From positions 132,195 to 196,194 of the forward strand of contig JBMNFI010000001.1 in NCBI GenBank assembly GCA_050949225.1: a stretch of 64,000 bases of DNA. Direction: 5' to 3'. Within the stretch, counting starts at the first letter, position 1. Every line of letters begins with the position of its first letter. This stretch comes from Bacillota bacterium. GTDB taxonomy: Bacteria > Bacillota > Dehalobacteriia > UBA4068. The translations under genes and the position numbers were made by a program. Of this stretch, positions 55,724-64,000 are shown in pieces. The notes beneath the pieces were generated by a model. It had not been told where the DNA came from and searched no databases. It saw only the letters and a list, made by a program, of their open reading frames with translations.

Positions 55724-58666
55724 ATGTCTATCAAAATTGGTCTGGACGTTGGTTCGACTACATTGAAATGTGTTGTTCTGAATGATCATGATGAAATAAT
55801 CTACAAAAGATATGAACGACATTTTTCGCAAATCGCTGAAAAATCCGCGGCAATGCTGGCGGAGGTTCATGCTGTGTTTCCGGATGAAAAAGAGGTGGGT
55901 TTATGCGTTTCCGGTTCAGCCGGCATGGGTTTTGCCGAACAAATCGGTATTCCTTTTACTCAAGAGGTTTATGCTACCAGAGTTGCGGTCAAGAAGCTTT
56001 TACCGGAAACTGATGTAGTGATTGAGCTTGGTGGGGAAGATGCGAAAATTCTGTTTATTTCCGGTACTATGGAAGTCCGCATGAATGGTTCTTGTGCAGG
56101 CGGTACCGGTTCTTTCATCGATCAAATGTCACAGCTGCTTCATATCACCCCAGGTGAGATGAATGAACTGGCTAAAGAATATAATAAAATATACAGCATA
56201 GCTTCACGCTGTGGTGTTTTTGCTAAAACAGATATTCAGCCACTTTTAAACCAAGGTGCGAAAAAATCGGATCTGGCGGCCAGCATTTGTGCGGCAGTGG
56301 TTAATCAGACTATCACGGGTTTGGCACAGGGAAGGGATATTAAAGGTAATGTGGTTTATTTAGGGGGGCCTTTAACTTTTCTTTCTGAGTTTCGTGCTGC
56401 CTTTGACCGTACTTTGGGCATTAAAGGAATTTGTCCGGAGAATTCACTTTATTTTGTAGCTTTGGGGACAGCTCTTTTGGAAAAAGATGATCAGCTGATT
56501 AATATCGAGGAAATAATTGATAAAATTAAAAATTATTCGGCAGATAATCTCTATAAGAGCTGTAAACCACTTTTTAACAATATGCAGGAATACGAAGAAT
56601 TTACAAAACGTCATCAAAAAAGTGGTGGGAATACTGAATTTCATCCTTTGTTATCTGGTAACAAAGCCTATATCGGCATTGATTCCGGTTCTACCACGGT
56701 GAAATGTTTGGTGATCAATGAAGCAGAACAATTGGTTTATGCTAAATATTTAACTAATAATGGCAATCCCGTTTACCAGGTAAAAGAATTTTTGGAAGAG
56801 GTTTATGAAAAATTTCCTGATATTCAGGTGTTAGGTGCCGCTTCTACAGGTTATGGTGAAGACATTATTAAAAATGCTTTTCATGCTGATTTTGGCATTG
56901 TGGAAACCATTGCACATTTTACAGCAGCTAAAAAATACGATCCGGAAGTAGATTTCATCATTGATATCGGCGGACAAGACATCAAATGTTTTAAAATTGT
57001 CAACGGTATTATTGATAATATCTTTTTGAATGAAGCTTGCTCATCCGGTTGCGGTTCTTTTTTACAAAGTTTTGCGGGGGCTTTGGGTTACTCGATTGAG
57101 GATTTTGCTAAAAAAGGCATTCTTGCCGATAACCCCGTTGATTTGGGCTCCCGTTGTACTGTTTTCATGAATTCTTCAGTTAAGCAGGCTCAAAAAGACG
57201 GTGCCAGCATCGAAAATATTTCAGCCGGTCTTTCTATCAGTGTCGTTAAAAATGCGCTGTATAAAGTTATTCGCGTTAGCAGTGCTCATAAATTAGGGAA
57301 ACATATCACCGTACAAGGTGGAACCTTTTTAAATGATGCAGTTTTAAGAGCCTTTGAAATGGAAATTGACAGCCAGGTCACAAGGCCGGCAATTGCCGGA
57401 CTAATGGGGGCTTATGGTGCTGCTTTATATGCTAAAGCCAACAGCAAGGGATCTAGCACATTGTTAAATAGTAACCAGCTGAAAAACTTTACGCATGAAG
57501 TGAAGGCAGTTACCTGCAATCGCTGCCCCAATCAATGCCGTCTGACTGTCAATACTTTTGATAATGGACGTGCTTTTATCGGCGGTAATCGCTGTGATAT
57601 TCCTTTAGCCAAGCAAAGCAAGCAAGAAAAGTATAATCTTTATGAGTATAAGCAGGCTTTATTAAATAGCTATCAATCATTTAAAGGTGAAAGAGAGACG
57701 ATTGGTTTGCCGTTGGGTCTGAATATGTTTGAACTATTACCATTATGGTATACTTTTTTCAAGGAGTTAGGCTTTGGTGTGCAAATCACTTCTAAATCCA
57801 GTGCAAAAACGTATCTTAGGGGACAGCATACCATACCGTCAGATACCATTTGTTATCCGGCAAAGCTAATGCATGGTCTGATAGAGGAATTAGTGGAGAT
57901 GGATATTGATGCCATCTTCTATCCCTGCATGACGTATAATATTGATGAAGGTAAAGGTACAAATAATTATAATTGTCCGGTAGTGGCTTATTATCCGGAG
58001 GTTATTGAGGCCAATGTGCCCAGTGTCAAAAAAACAAAGTTCATTAAAGATTATATTGGTATCCATCGTCGCAAGGATTTTACGAAAAGAATTCATAAAA
58101 TCATGGAGCGTGAATTTGGTAAATTTAGATTTTCTGATATAAAAAAGGCCGTTCAAAAAGGTTTTATTGAATATGAAAATTATATGACCCGCATTAAAGA
58201 TATGGGAAAAAAATATTTAAAAATTGCCTTAGAGCAGGCCAGACAAGTTATTGTTTTGGTAGGACGTCCTTATCATTTAGATGGTGAGATCAATCATGGC
58301 ATTGATAAGTTAATTTGTGATTGCGGTGCTGTTTTGATCACTGAGGATTCTGTTTATGATGAAATCGATAAATTTTCTGTAGGTGTTTTAGATCAATGGA
58401 CCTATCATTCACGTTTGTACGCTGCTGCCAAATATATTGCCAACAGCGGCGAAAAAAACATGAACCTGGTTCAATTGGTTTCTTTTGGGTGCGGTGTTGA
58501 TGCTATTACGACTGATGAAGTAAGGCAAATTTTAGAGGACAAGGATAGAATTTATACACAAATTAAAATTGATGAAATTACTAACTTAGGGGCAGTGAAA
58601 ATTAGATTACGCAGCTTATTTGATACCCTAAAACAGCAGAGAAAAGACGGTAATCAGGAGGTTTAA
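55724..58666 (+). CDS. CoA-substrate-specific enzyme activase-family protein: two BadF/BadG/BcrA/BcrD (HgdC-like) ATPase domains plus a C-terminal DUF2229-like region
   Basis: Duplicated actin-like ATPase motifs (IGLDVGSTTLKCVV and IGIDSGSTTVKCLV). CxxC-rich central region. 980 aa. Confidence 0.75.
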   Translation: MSIKIGLDVGSTTLKCVVLNDHDEIIYKRYERHFSQIAEKSAAMLAEVHAVFPDEKEVGLCVSGSAGMGFAEQIGIPFTQEVYATRVAVKKLLPETDVVIELGGEDAKILFISGTMEVRMNGSCAGGTGSFIDQMSQLLHITPGEMNELAKEYNKIYSIASRCGVFAKTDIQPLLNQGAKKSDLAASICAAVVNQTITGLAQGRDIKGNVVYLGGPLTFLSEFRAAFDRTLGIKGICPENSLYFVALGTALLEKDDQLINIEEIIDKIKNYSADNLYKSCKPLFNNMQEYEEFTKRHQKSGGNTEFHPLLSGNKAYIGIDSGSTTVKCLVINEAEQLVYAKYLTNNGNPVYQVKEFLEEVYEKFPDIQVLGAASTGYGEDIIKNAFHADFGIVETIAHFTAAKKYDPEVDFIIDIGGQDIKCFKIVNGIIDNIFLNEACSSGCGSFLQSFAGALGYSIEDFAKKGILADNPVDLGSRCTVFMNSSVKQAQKDGASIENISAGLSISVVKNALYKVIRVSSAHKLGKHITVQGGTFLNDAVLRAFEMEIDSQVTRPAIAGLMGAYGAALYAKANSKGSSTLLNSNQLKNFTHEVKAVTCNRCPNQCRLTVNTFDNGRAFIGGNRCDIPLAKQSKQEKYNLYEYKQALLNSYQSFKGERETIGLPLGLNMFELLPLWYTFFKELGFGVQITSKSSAKTYLRGQHTIPSDTICYPAKLMHGLIEELVEMDIDAIFYPCMTYNIDEGKGTNNYNCPVVAYYPEVIEANVPSVKKTKFIKDYIGIHRRKDFTKRIHKIMEREFGKFRFSDIKKAVQKGFIEYENYMTRIKDMGKKYLKIALEQARQVIVLVGRPYHLDGEINHGIDKLICDCGAVLITEDSVYDEIDKFSVGVLDQWTYHSRLYAAAKYIANSGEKNMNLVQLVSFGCGVDAITTDEVRQILEDKDRIYTQIKIDEITNLGAVKIRLRSLFDTLKQQRKDGNQEV

Positions 58667-58668
58667 AA

Positions 58669-59925
58669 ATGACTGCGACAATTCCCAGGATTGAATTTAC
58701 TAAAGAAATGCGCGAGACTTATACCATTCTCGCTCCCAATATGGTGGACATTCATTTTCGAATACTTGTTAGTGTTTTTAAAAGCTTTGGCTATAATCTG
58801 GAGCTTTTATCTAATACCAGTGATGCAATGATTGACGAAGGTTTACAATTTGTACATAATGATACCTGTTATCCGGCATTAGTAACCATAGGTCAGATGC
58901 TTGATGCTTTAAAAAGCGGTAAATATGATGTCAATAAAACAGCTCTTTTGATGACGCAGACCGGTGGTGGTTGCCGGGCATCTAATTACATTCATCTACT
59001 GCGAAAGGCTTTAGTTAATGCAGGTTATCCGAATGTACCGGTGATCTCTTTAGGTTTGGTGCCGGGCATGGAAAAAAACAGCGGTTTTAAGATTACTGCG
59101 GGATTTTTGCGCCGCGCTTTGGCAACTTTGGCTTATGGTGATATCCTGATGCTGTTAAATAATCAGGTTAAACCTTATGAGATAAATAAGGGAGAAAGTG
59201 CCGAATTGGTACAAAAATGGGTAGAGTTTCTCTCGAAAAAATTTGCCAATAAAGAGGCTTATACTCAGAAAGAAATGAAACATTATTTCAAAGAAATAGT
59301 AGAGGATTTTGCTGCTATTGAAATTAAACGTACCCCTAAGGTAAAAGTCGGTATTGTGGGTGAAATTTTTGTTAAATATTCTCCGTATGCCAATAATAAT
59401 CTGGAGGATTTTTTGGCTAAACAGGATTGTGAGGTTATGGTCCCCGGACTTTTAAGTTTTATGTTTTATTGTGTGGATAATATGATTCAGGATATTAATC
59501 TTTACGGTGGCAGTAAGATTAAAAGAAATATGATTATTATGTTGACAAATTATTTGACCAAATATGAGACATTTTTAATCGAGGCTGTTAACAAATATTC
59601 TGATTTTATTGCACCATCAACCTTTGCTCATTTAAAAGAGTTAGCAGAACCGCTGATTGGTGTGGGCTGTAAAATGGGTGAAGGATGGATGTTGACTGCA
59701 GAGATGCTGGAGCTTAATGAACATGGTTACGGTAATATAGTTTGTGCGCAACCTTTTGGTTGTTTACCTAATCATATTGTGGGTAAAGGCATGGTCAGAA
59801 AGCTGATTAACCTGCATCCGGAAATGAACATTGTTTCGTTAGATTATGATCCGGGGATGACCAAGGTTAACCAGGAAAACCGCATCAAATTAATGCTGGC
59901 AATTGCCAAAGAAAAAATGCAGTAG
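58669..59925 (+). CDS. Activase-partner protein (DUF2229-like; 2-hydroxyacyl-CoA dehydratase-related scaffold)
   Basis: 418 aa. Translationally coupled to the upstream gene (GGAGG RBS, 2-nt gap). In other genomes this region is fused to the activase as a single ~1400-aa protein. Confidence 0.6.
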   Translation: MTATIPRIEFTKEMRETYTILAPNMVDIHFRILVSVFKSFGYNLELLSNTSDAMIDEGLQFVHNDTCYPALVTIGQMLDALKSGKYDVNKTALLMTQTGGGCRASNYIHLLRKALVNAGYPNVPVISLGLVPGMEKNSGFKITAGFLRRALATLAYGDILMLLNNQVKPYEINKGESAELVQKWVEFLSKKFANKEAYTQKEMKHYFKEIVEDFAAIEIKRTPKVKVGIVGEIFVKYSPYANNNLEDFLAKQDCEVMVPGLLSFMFYCVDNMIQDINLYGGSKIKRNMIIMLTNYLTKYETFLIEAVNKYSDFIAPSTFAHLKELAEPLIGVGCKMGEGWMLTAEMLELNEHGYGNIVCAQPFGCLPNHIVGKGMVRKLINLHPEMNIVSLDYDPGMTKVNQENRIKLMLAIAKEKMQ

Positions 59926-59946
59926 AGTAGGCGGCGGGAGGATTTC

Positions 59947-60819
59947 ATGAAAAGATTTTTAGTTTTAGTGGTTATTTGTGTTTTAGCTTGTACTTTGATG
60001 GCTTGTTCTAATGGTTCAGGGGATACTAATCCTCAAGAAGAAAGCACTGTCACGGATATTGATAAAATAAAGGTTGATACCAGTGATATGGTCAAAGAAG
60101 AAGTTACGGTGCTGGGACATATTTACTTTGACATGTATCCGCAGCGAGCGGCATTTTTTGGTGCCGAAGAAAGTGAAATCGCGACACTTGCCAATAAGAT
60201 GGCGCAATACATTGATGAGCAAAGTAAAGATGTCAAAAATGAAACGATTATTGGATACCTTAATGACTTCAAAAATTTCTATAAAGCTATTGAAGCATAT
60301 GCCTCTGATATGGAGAATACGGATAAAGAGCAGGCAGCGCAAGTATCAGCAACTAAAGCGGCAGAAAATCTACCGCAGGTGCGAGGTATCTGTAACAATT
60401 TTGAAGTACCATGGGTATATTTTTGGCAAGAACAATTTACCCAAGATGGCGTTTATTTTGCCTTCAATAAAAAAGACACTGAAAAAATAACCGATGAAAA
60501 TGGTTCTGATTCCGGTTTGGTGGCTCTGTCAATTGATGTTTCCGGTAAATGTATTTCTTCTACCGGTCCTTATGGTGAATATCTGATCAATTTTGATTTA
60601 CATGATGCAATGTCTGATAAAATTTACAAACTGGAACAGCAGTATATTCAGCCTAAAACAATCTTAGAGACCAATATTCAAATACAACAAAAGGCCCGCG
60701 CTATTTTAACTTATCATGTGCCGAAAAATCTTACACATTATATCTTAGTTCAAGATACCTGTCCTTGGTCAAAAAAGGAAAACAGATACATCAGAATGGC
60801 CAGCTACAGCATGTTTTAA
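59947..60819 (+). CDS. Hypothetical lipoprotein
   Basis: Signal peptide with lipobox LMAC-S. 290 aa. No recognisable domain. Confidence 0.55.
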   Translation: MKRFLVLVVICVLACTLMACSNGSGDTNPQEESTVTDIDKIKVDTSDMVKEEVTVLGHIYFDMYPQRAAFFGAEESEIATLANKMAQYIDEQSKDVKNETIIGYLNDFKNFYKAIEAYASDMENTDKEQAAQVSATKAAENLPQVRGICNNFEVPWVYFWQEQFTQDGVYFAFNKKDTEKITDENGSDSGLVALSIDVSGKCISSTGPYGEYLINFDLHDAMSDKIYKLEQQYIQPKTILETNIQIQQKARAILTYHVPKNLTHYILVQDTCPWSKKENRYIRMASYSMF

Positions 60820-60856
60820 ATACAGTATGTTTTAAAAAATATAAAACATATAAGAC

Positions 60857-60890
60857 AAGCCTTAAAATACCGGTCGGTATTTTAAGGCTT
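60857..60890. terminator. Bidirectional intrinsic terminator between convergent lipoprotein and adh genes
   Basis: Perfect 16-bp inverted repeat AAGCCTTAAAATACCG-gt-CGGTATTTTAAGGCTT flanked by A/T runs on both sides. Confidence 0.7.
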
Positions 60891-60918
60891 AATTTATTTA
60901 TGTATTATCAATCACAGT

Positions 60919-62088
60919 TTATTTGTAAGATTCCTCTAAAATGGCTATGCAATCATCTTCGCTGAGAGGCAAAGGGTCAAAGTCGAATAATTCACCCACC
61001 ACGGAAATAGCGTTTTTAGCATAGAGAGGTAAATCCTCTTTTTTAATGCCATAATCGGACATTTTCAGTTGGTCAACGCCGCAATCTTGTTTGAGTTTAT
61101 TCAAGGCTTGCACGAAATCCAGCGTATCCTGAGCATCTTTTTTACCTAATGCCTGAGCCATTTGCAATAACTTTTCATCACAGGCATGATGGCGGGCAAA
61201 ATGACTGTAATAAGCGCTGCTGATCATGATAAGGCCTGCACCATGAGGTAATTTAGGAAAATAAGCGCTTAAAGCGTGCTCTAATGAATGACCGGATGTT
61301 GAAGAAGCTGAGGCATCGACCATACCGGCATAAACATTAGCCAAGGCCAGGTTTTCTCGCAGTTTAATATTTTGCCCATCATGAATAACTAGTGGAAGAT
61401 TTTTACCCAATATTTTAATGGCTTGCAAAGCATAAAGGTTACTGATAGGATTAGCACCCAAACTGATAAAACCTTCTGTACTGCGAAATAAAGCGCCAAA
61501 ACCTTGAAAAGCCGTCAATTGCGGGGGAACTGTTAAAGTCAGCTCCGGATCAATAATGGAAAAATAGGGAAAGGTGTCTCTACTGCTGTAGCCAATCTTC
61601 TCTTTAGTTTCTTCCTTTGTAATGACAATCCCGGAACCAACTTCCGAGCCTGTACCGGCAGTCGTTGAAATAACAACAACCGGCAGTGGTCGGTGGGTCA
61701 GATTTTCATCCCTGTCTTTAATTCCTTTCATATGACGCCAAGAATTATCATCATTAGGCGCGATCACAGCGATAGCTTTAGCTGCATCCATGCAGCTGCC
61801 GCCGCCCAGGCCGATAATAAAATCACAGCTTTCCTCTCGAGCCAAAGCCACCCCATCTATGACATTTCTTTTAGTGGGGTTAACTTGTATATGATCAAAA
61901 ATACGATATTTTATATCGGCCATAATTAATTCATGCTCGACACGTGAAAGATGGCCTAGGTTACGTGACAATTCATTGTTTGAGATGACAATCAAGGCCT
62001 TCCTGCCGGGAAAACGCTGATGCCGTAATTCCCTAATTTTTCCGGAACCGAATAAAATTCTGGTAGGAATATAATAATTAAAATCCAT
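60919..62088 (-). CDS. Iron-containing (class III) alcohol dehydrogenase
   Basis: Fe-ADH fold with GGGSxMD-like NAD-binding motif (GLGGGSCMDAAK) and His-rich metal site. 389 aa. Confidence 0.8.
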   Translation of the reverse strand: MDFNYYIPTRILFGSGKIRELRHQRFPGRKALIVISNNELSRNLGHLSRVEHELIMADIKYRIFDHIQVNPTKRNVIDGVALAREESCDFIIGLGGGSCMDAAKAIAVIAPNDDNSWRHMKGIKDRDENLTHRPLPVVVISTTAGTGSEVGSGIVITKEETKEKIGYSSRDTFPYFSIIDPELTLTVPPQLTAFQGFGALFRSTEGFISLGANPISNLYALQAIKILGKNLPLVIHDGQNIKLRENLALANVYAGMVDASASSTSGHSLEHALSAYFPKLPHGAGLIMISSAYYSHFARHHACDEKLLQMAQALGKKDAQDTLDFVQALNKLKQDCGVDQLKMSDYGIKKEDLPLYAKNAISVVGELFDFDPLPLSEDDCIAILEESYK

Positions 62089-62186
62089 AACTATTTCCTC
62101 CTCAGGATATTTATAAAAAATTTCAGATATTCTTGTATTATCTCTTATTTTATCATATCTTTTTCTTCAATTATATAGCATTTGCC

Positions 62187-63326
62187 TTATTTATGCCATA
62201 ATTGCCAAGGAGATTTAATTTTTACAGCGCCTTGAGGGCATAACTCCTGACAGCAAAAACAATGGATACATTTATTATAATCATAAACCGGTATTGACTT
62301 CTGATCTTGCTGTGATAGGGCTTTAGGGTTTACCGGGCAAATTTCCACGCAAAGACCGCAATGATTGCATAGCTTTTTATCAATATATGGCCTACGCATA
62401 ACCAAACGCCCCGCCGAACCCATGAAACGTACTAAAAATGATGGTTTAGGCTGTCGATGGACACGAAAATCATAGGCGATATGATCTTCTATTTTTTCCC
62501 CCAGTATTTCAATCTTATCTGCCGCATATTCTCCCAAACTCAATTCCTGTCCACGCAAATTAGTTTTAACCAAAGTAGGATCCAAATTCATCAAGCGGCA
62601 GGCAGTAGCATCAACGGCAATCGGATCATCAGAAATGATTAAAAGATTCATCGGCTTTGCCGTACCGTTTCCGGGACCATTCCCTTCCATGGCGATGATT
62701 GCATCCATGATAAAAAGCCGCGGCCGTTTTAAAACATTTAATTCTGCCAGCATTCGTGAAAAAACGTTAACATCGGGCATACGGGCATGATAAGAGGCCT
62801 TGATCAGACCTGGCAAATAGCCCATTTGATTTTTAACGGCGCCGGTCATTTTAGTTAAACCATGTGTCTTCATGCGTGGCAAACTGATAATAGCATCCGC
62901 CTCTAAGACTCCCTTGGCCAGGGTGAAATGGGAATTTTGAAAAGAAGGGGGGCATTTTACAGAAATACCGGTCCGAAAATCAGCAGCCTGAACACCTAAT
63001 TCTTGAGCAGTGCCGGCAATGCCACATTTAGCGGCAACCTGTTGCATGCTTTGGGTAGCAGGGGAGTCCCCATAGAAAAGCTGATCGGAGTAAGGTAAAA
63101 GCAATTTACAAACAGCACCAAATAGCTCATGTGAGGTGGTCGTATATTTTGAAGAGATATTTGCTGAGAGAAAATTTGGTTTCAGCAAAATTTTTTCATC
63201 TTTTACGATAAATTTATCTAAACCTCCCAAAAGATCAAATCCCTGTTGAAGAGCAGCTTTTAACTCCTCTTCTTCATAAGAAAGACATTTAATTAAGGCA
63301 ACTTGGGATTTATCTTTTTGATTCAT
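62187..63326 (-). CDS. DUF362-domain protein with C-terminal 2x[4Fe-4S] ferredoxin domain
   Basis: C-terminal CNHCGLCVEICP and CIHCFCCQELCP motifs. 379 aa. Confidence 0.65.
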   Translation of the reverse strand: MNQKDKSQVALIKCLSYEEEELKAALQQGFDLLGGLDKFIVKDEKILLKPNFLSANISSKYTTTSHELFGAVCKLLLPYSDQLFYGDSPATQSMQQVAAKCGIAGTAQELGVQAADFRTGISVKCPPSFQNSHFTLAKGVLEADAIISLPRMKTHGLTKMTGAVKNQMGYLPGLIKASYHARMPDVNVFSRMLAELNVLKRPRLFIMDAIIAMEGNGPGNGTAKPMNLLIISDDPIAVDATACRLMNLDPTLVKTNLRGQELSLGEYAADKIEILGEKIEDHIAYDFRVHRQPKPSFLVRFMGSAGRLVMRRPYIDKKLCNHCGLCVEICPVNPKALSQQDQKSIPVYDYNKCIHCFCCQELCPQGAVKIKSPWQLWHK

Positions 63327-63442
63327 AATTAATCTCTTCTTTCTTTTTGATAAAGTATCTATTATTTTAGTGACAGTAAAAATCTTTTATTTATTTCTTT
63401 TTTATGAAGAATATTCTATAATAAAGGTAAGGAGTGATGGAG

Positions 63443-64000
63443 ATGAAATATATAGACCAAAAAAATTGGCCCAGACGTGATGTTTATGAGCTTTTTTCCG
63501 GGTATAGTTTTCCTTATATTGCCGGTACGATCAACTTAGAATTAGGTGATTTTGAAGAGTTTATTAAAAAACAACGCTTTTCTTATTATCTGGCTTTAAT
63601 CTATCTTGCCACTAAAGCAGCTAATGATATTTGTGAAATGAGATATCGCATTCAAACTGATGGTGTGGTCGAGTACGAGCTGGTACATCCTTCTTATACT
63701 ATTTTAGATAATAATTTCAACTTGCTTTTTTGTACCGTTGATTTTCGCAAGGAAAAGTTTAGCGATTTTTCTCAACGGGCGCTGAAAAAAGAACGGCAGC
63801 TTAAACAAGAAAAAAGTATACGAAAGGATCAAAATCGGACTGATTTTATTTATTATTCCATCTACCCTTGGAATTCATTCACATCTTTAGTTCAACCGGT
63901 AGGGGATCAAGTTTCAGGCAGCATCCCACGTATTGTGTGGGGAAAGGCCTTTAGTAGAGATGAAAAACGTTACCTGCCGACCTCACTGCAGGTTCATCAT
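63443..64000 (+). CDS. cat: Chloramphenicol O-acetyltransferase (type A CAT family), 3'-truncated by the window edge
   Basis: MKYIDQKNWPRRDVYELFSGYSFPYIAGT and the C-terminal-proximal SLQVHH catalytic-His region are CAT hallmarks. AGGAG RBS 7 nt upstream. The ORF runs off the window. Confidence 0.75.
   Translation, partial: MKYIDQKNWPRRDVYELFSGYSFPYIAGTINLELGDFEEFIKKQRFSYYLALIYLATKAANDICEMRYRIQTDGVVEYELVHPSYTILDNNFNLLFCTVDFRKEKFSDFSQRALKKERQLKQEKSIRKDQNRTDFIYYSIYPWNSFTSLVQPVGDQVSGSIPRIVWGKAFSRDEKRYLPTSLQVHH

Noticed and set aside
58660-58672. Possible frameshift splitting one activase gene into the 980- and 418-aa ORFs.
   Set aside because: A clean stop codon is followed 2 nt later by ATG with a perfect GGAGG RBS. 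The frames are not overlapping. This is consistent with two translationally coupled genes.
1-64000. CRISPR arrays, IS elements/transposases, integrases, phage genes, rRNA genes.
   Set aside because: No regularly spaced direct repeats. No transposase, integrase or phage-like ORFs. No rRNA signatures anywhere in the window.

Overview
This 64 kb window is a chromosomal segment from a low-GC, anaerobic, endospore-forming Firmicute of Clostridia type, and carries a probable OLE RNA-oapA ribonucleoprotein locus. Spo0A, SpoIVB, pro-sigma-K, SpoVT, YabP/YabQ and a complete rnfCDGEAB operon support the lineage call. Almost all coding is on the + strand and is conserved housekeeping, in this order: an Fe/B12-type ABC importer, a PBP, sigK, pyrK-pyrD, rnf (- strand), tRNA-Arg(CCG) (- strand), dinG, folE-lepB-surE, a second EF-G, an orphan SPASM-type radical SAM enzyme, a degenerate M23 protein, the TIGR03960/TIGR03936 radical-SAM pair with RNase G, rplU-rpmA-obg-nadD-yqeK-rsfS, ilvA, spoVT-mazG-yabO-yabP-yabQ-divIC-yabR, ppx, aroK, rbgA, rnhB, yraN, then dxs-tlyA-nadK-argR-recN-spoIVB-spo0A, a [FeFe]-hydrogenase maturation mini-cluster (TM1266-like regulator + hydE), a split giant CoA-enzyme activase, Fe-ADH, a DUF362-ferredoxin protein and a 3'-truncated cat gene. 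The most notable non-coding feature is a ~600-nt GC-rich structured region with no ORF immediately upstream of a small 4-TM membrane protein and dxs-tlyA-nadK-argR-recN. That is the signature arrangement of OLE (ornate, large, extremophilic) RNA with its partner oapA. Other observations: a cluster of perfect DnaA boxes upstream of ilvA, paired Spo0A boxes upstream of spo0A, an orphan promoter-terminator pair upstream of the hydrogenase maturase genes, and several operator-like repeats. No CRISPR arrays, rRNA genes, IS elements or prophage genes were seen.
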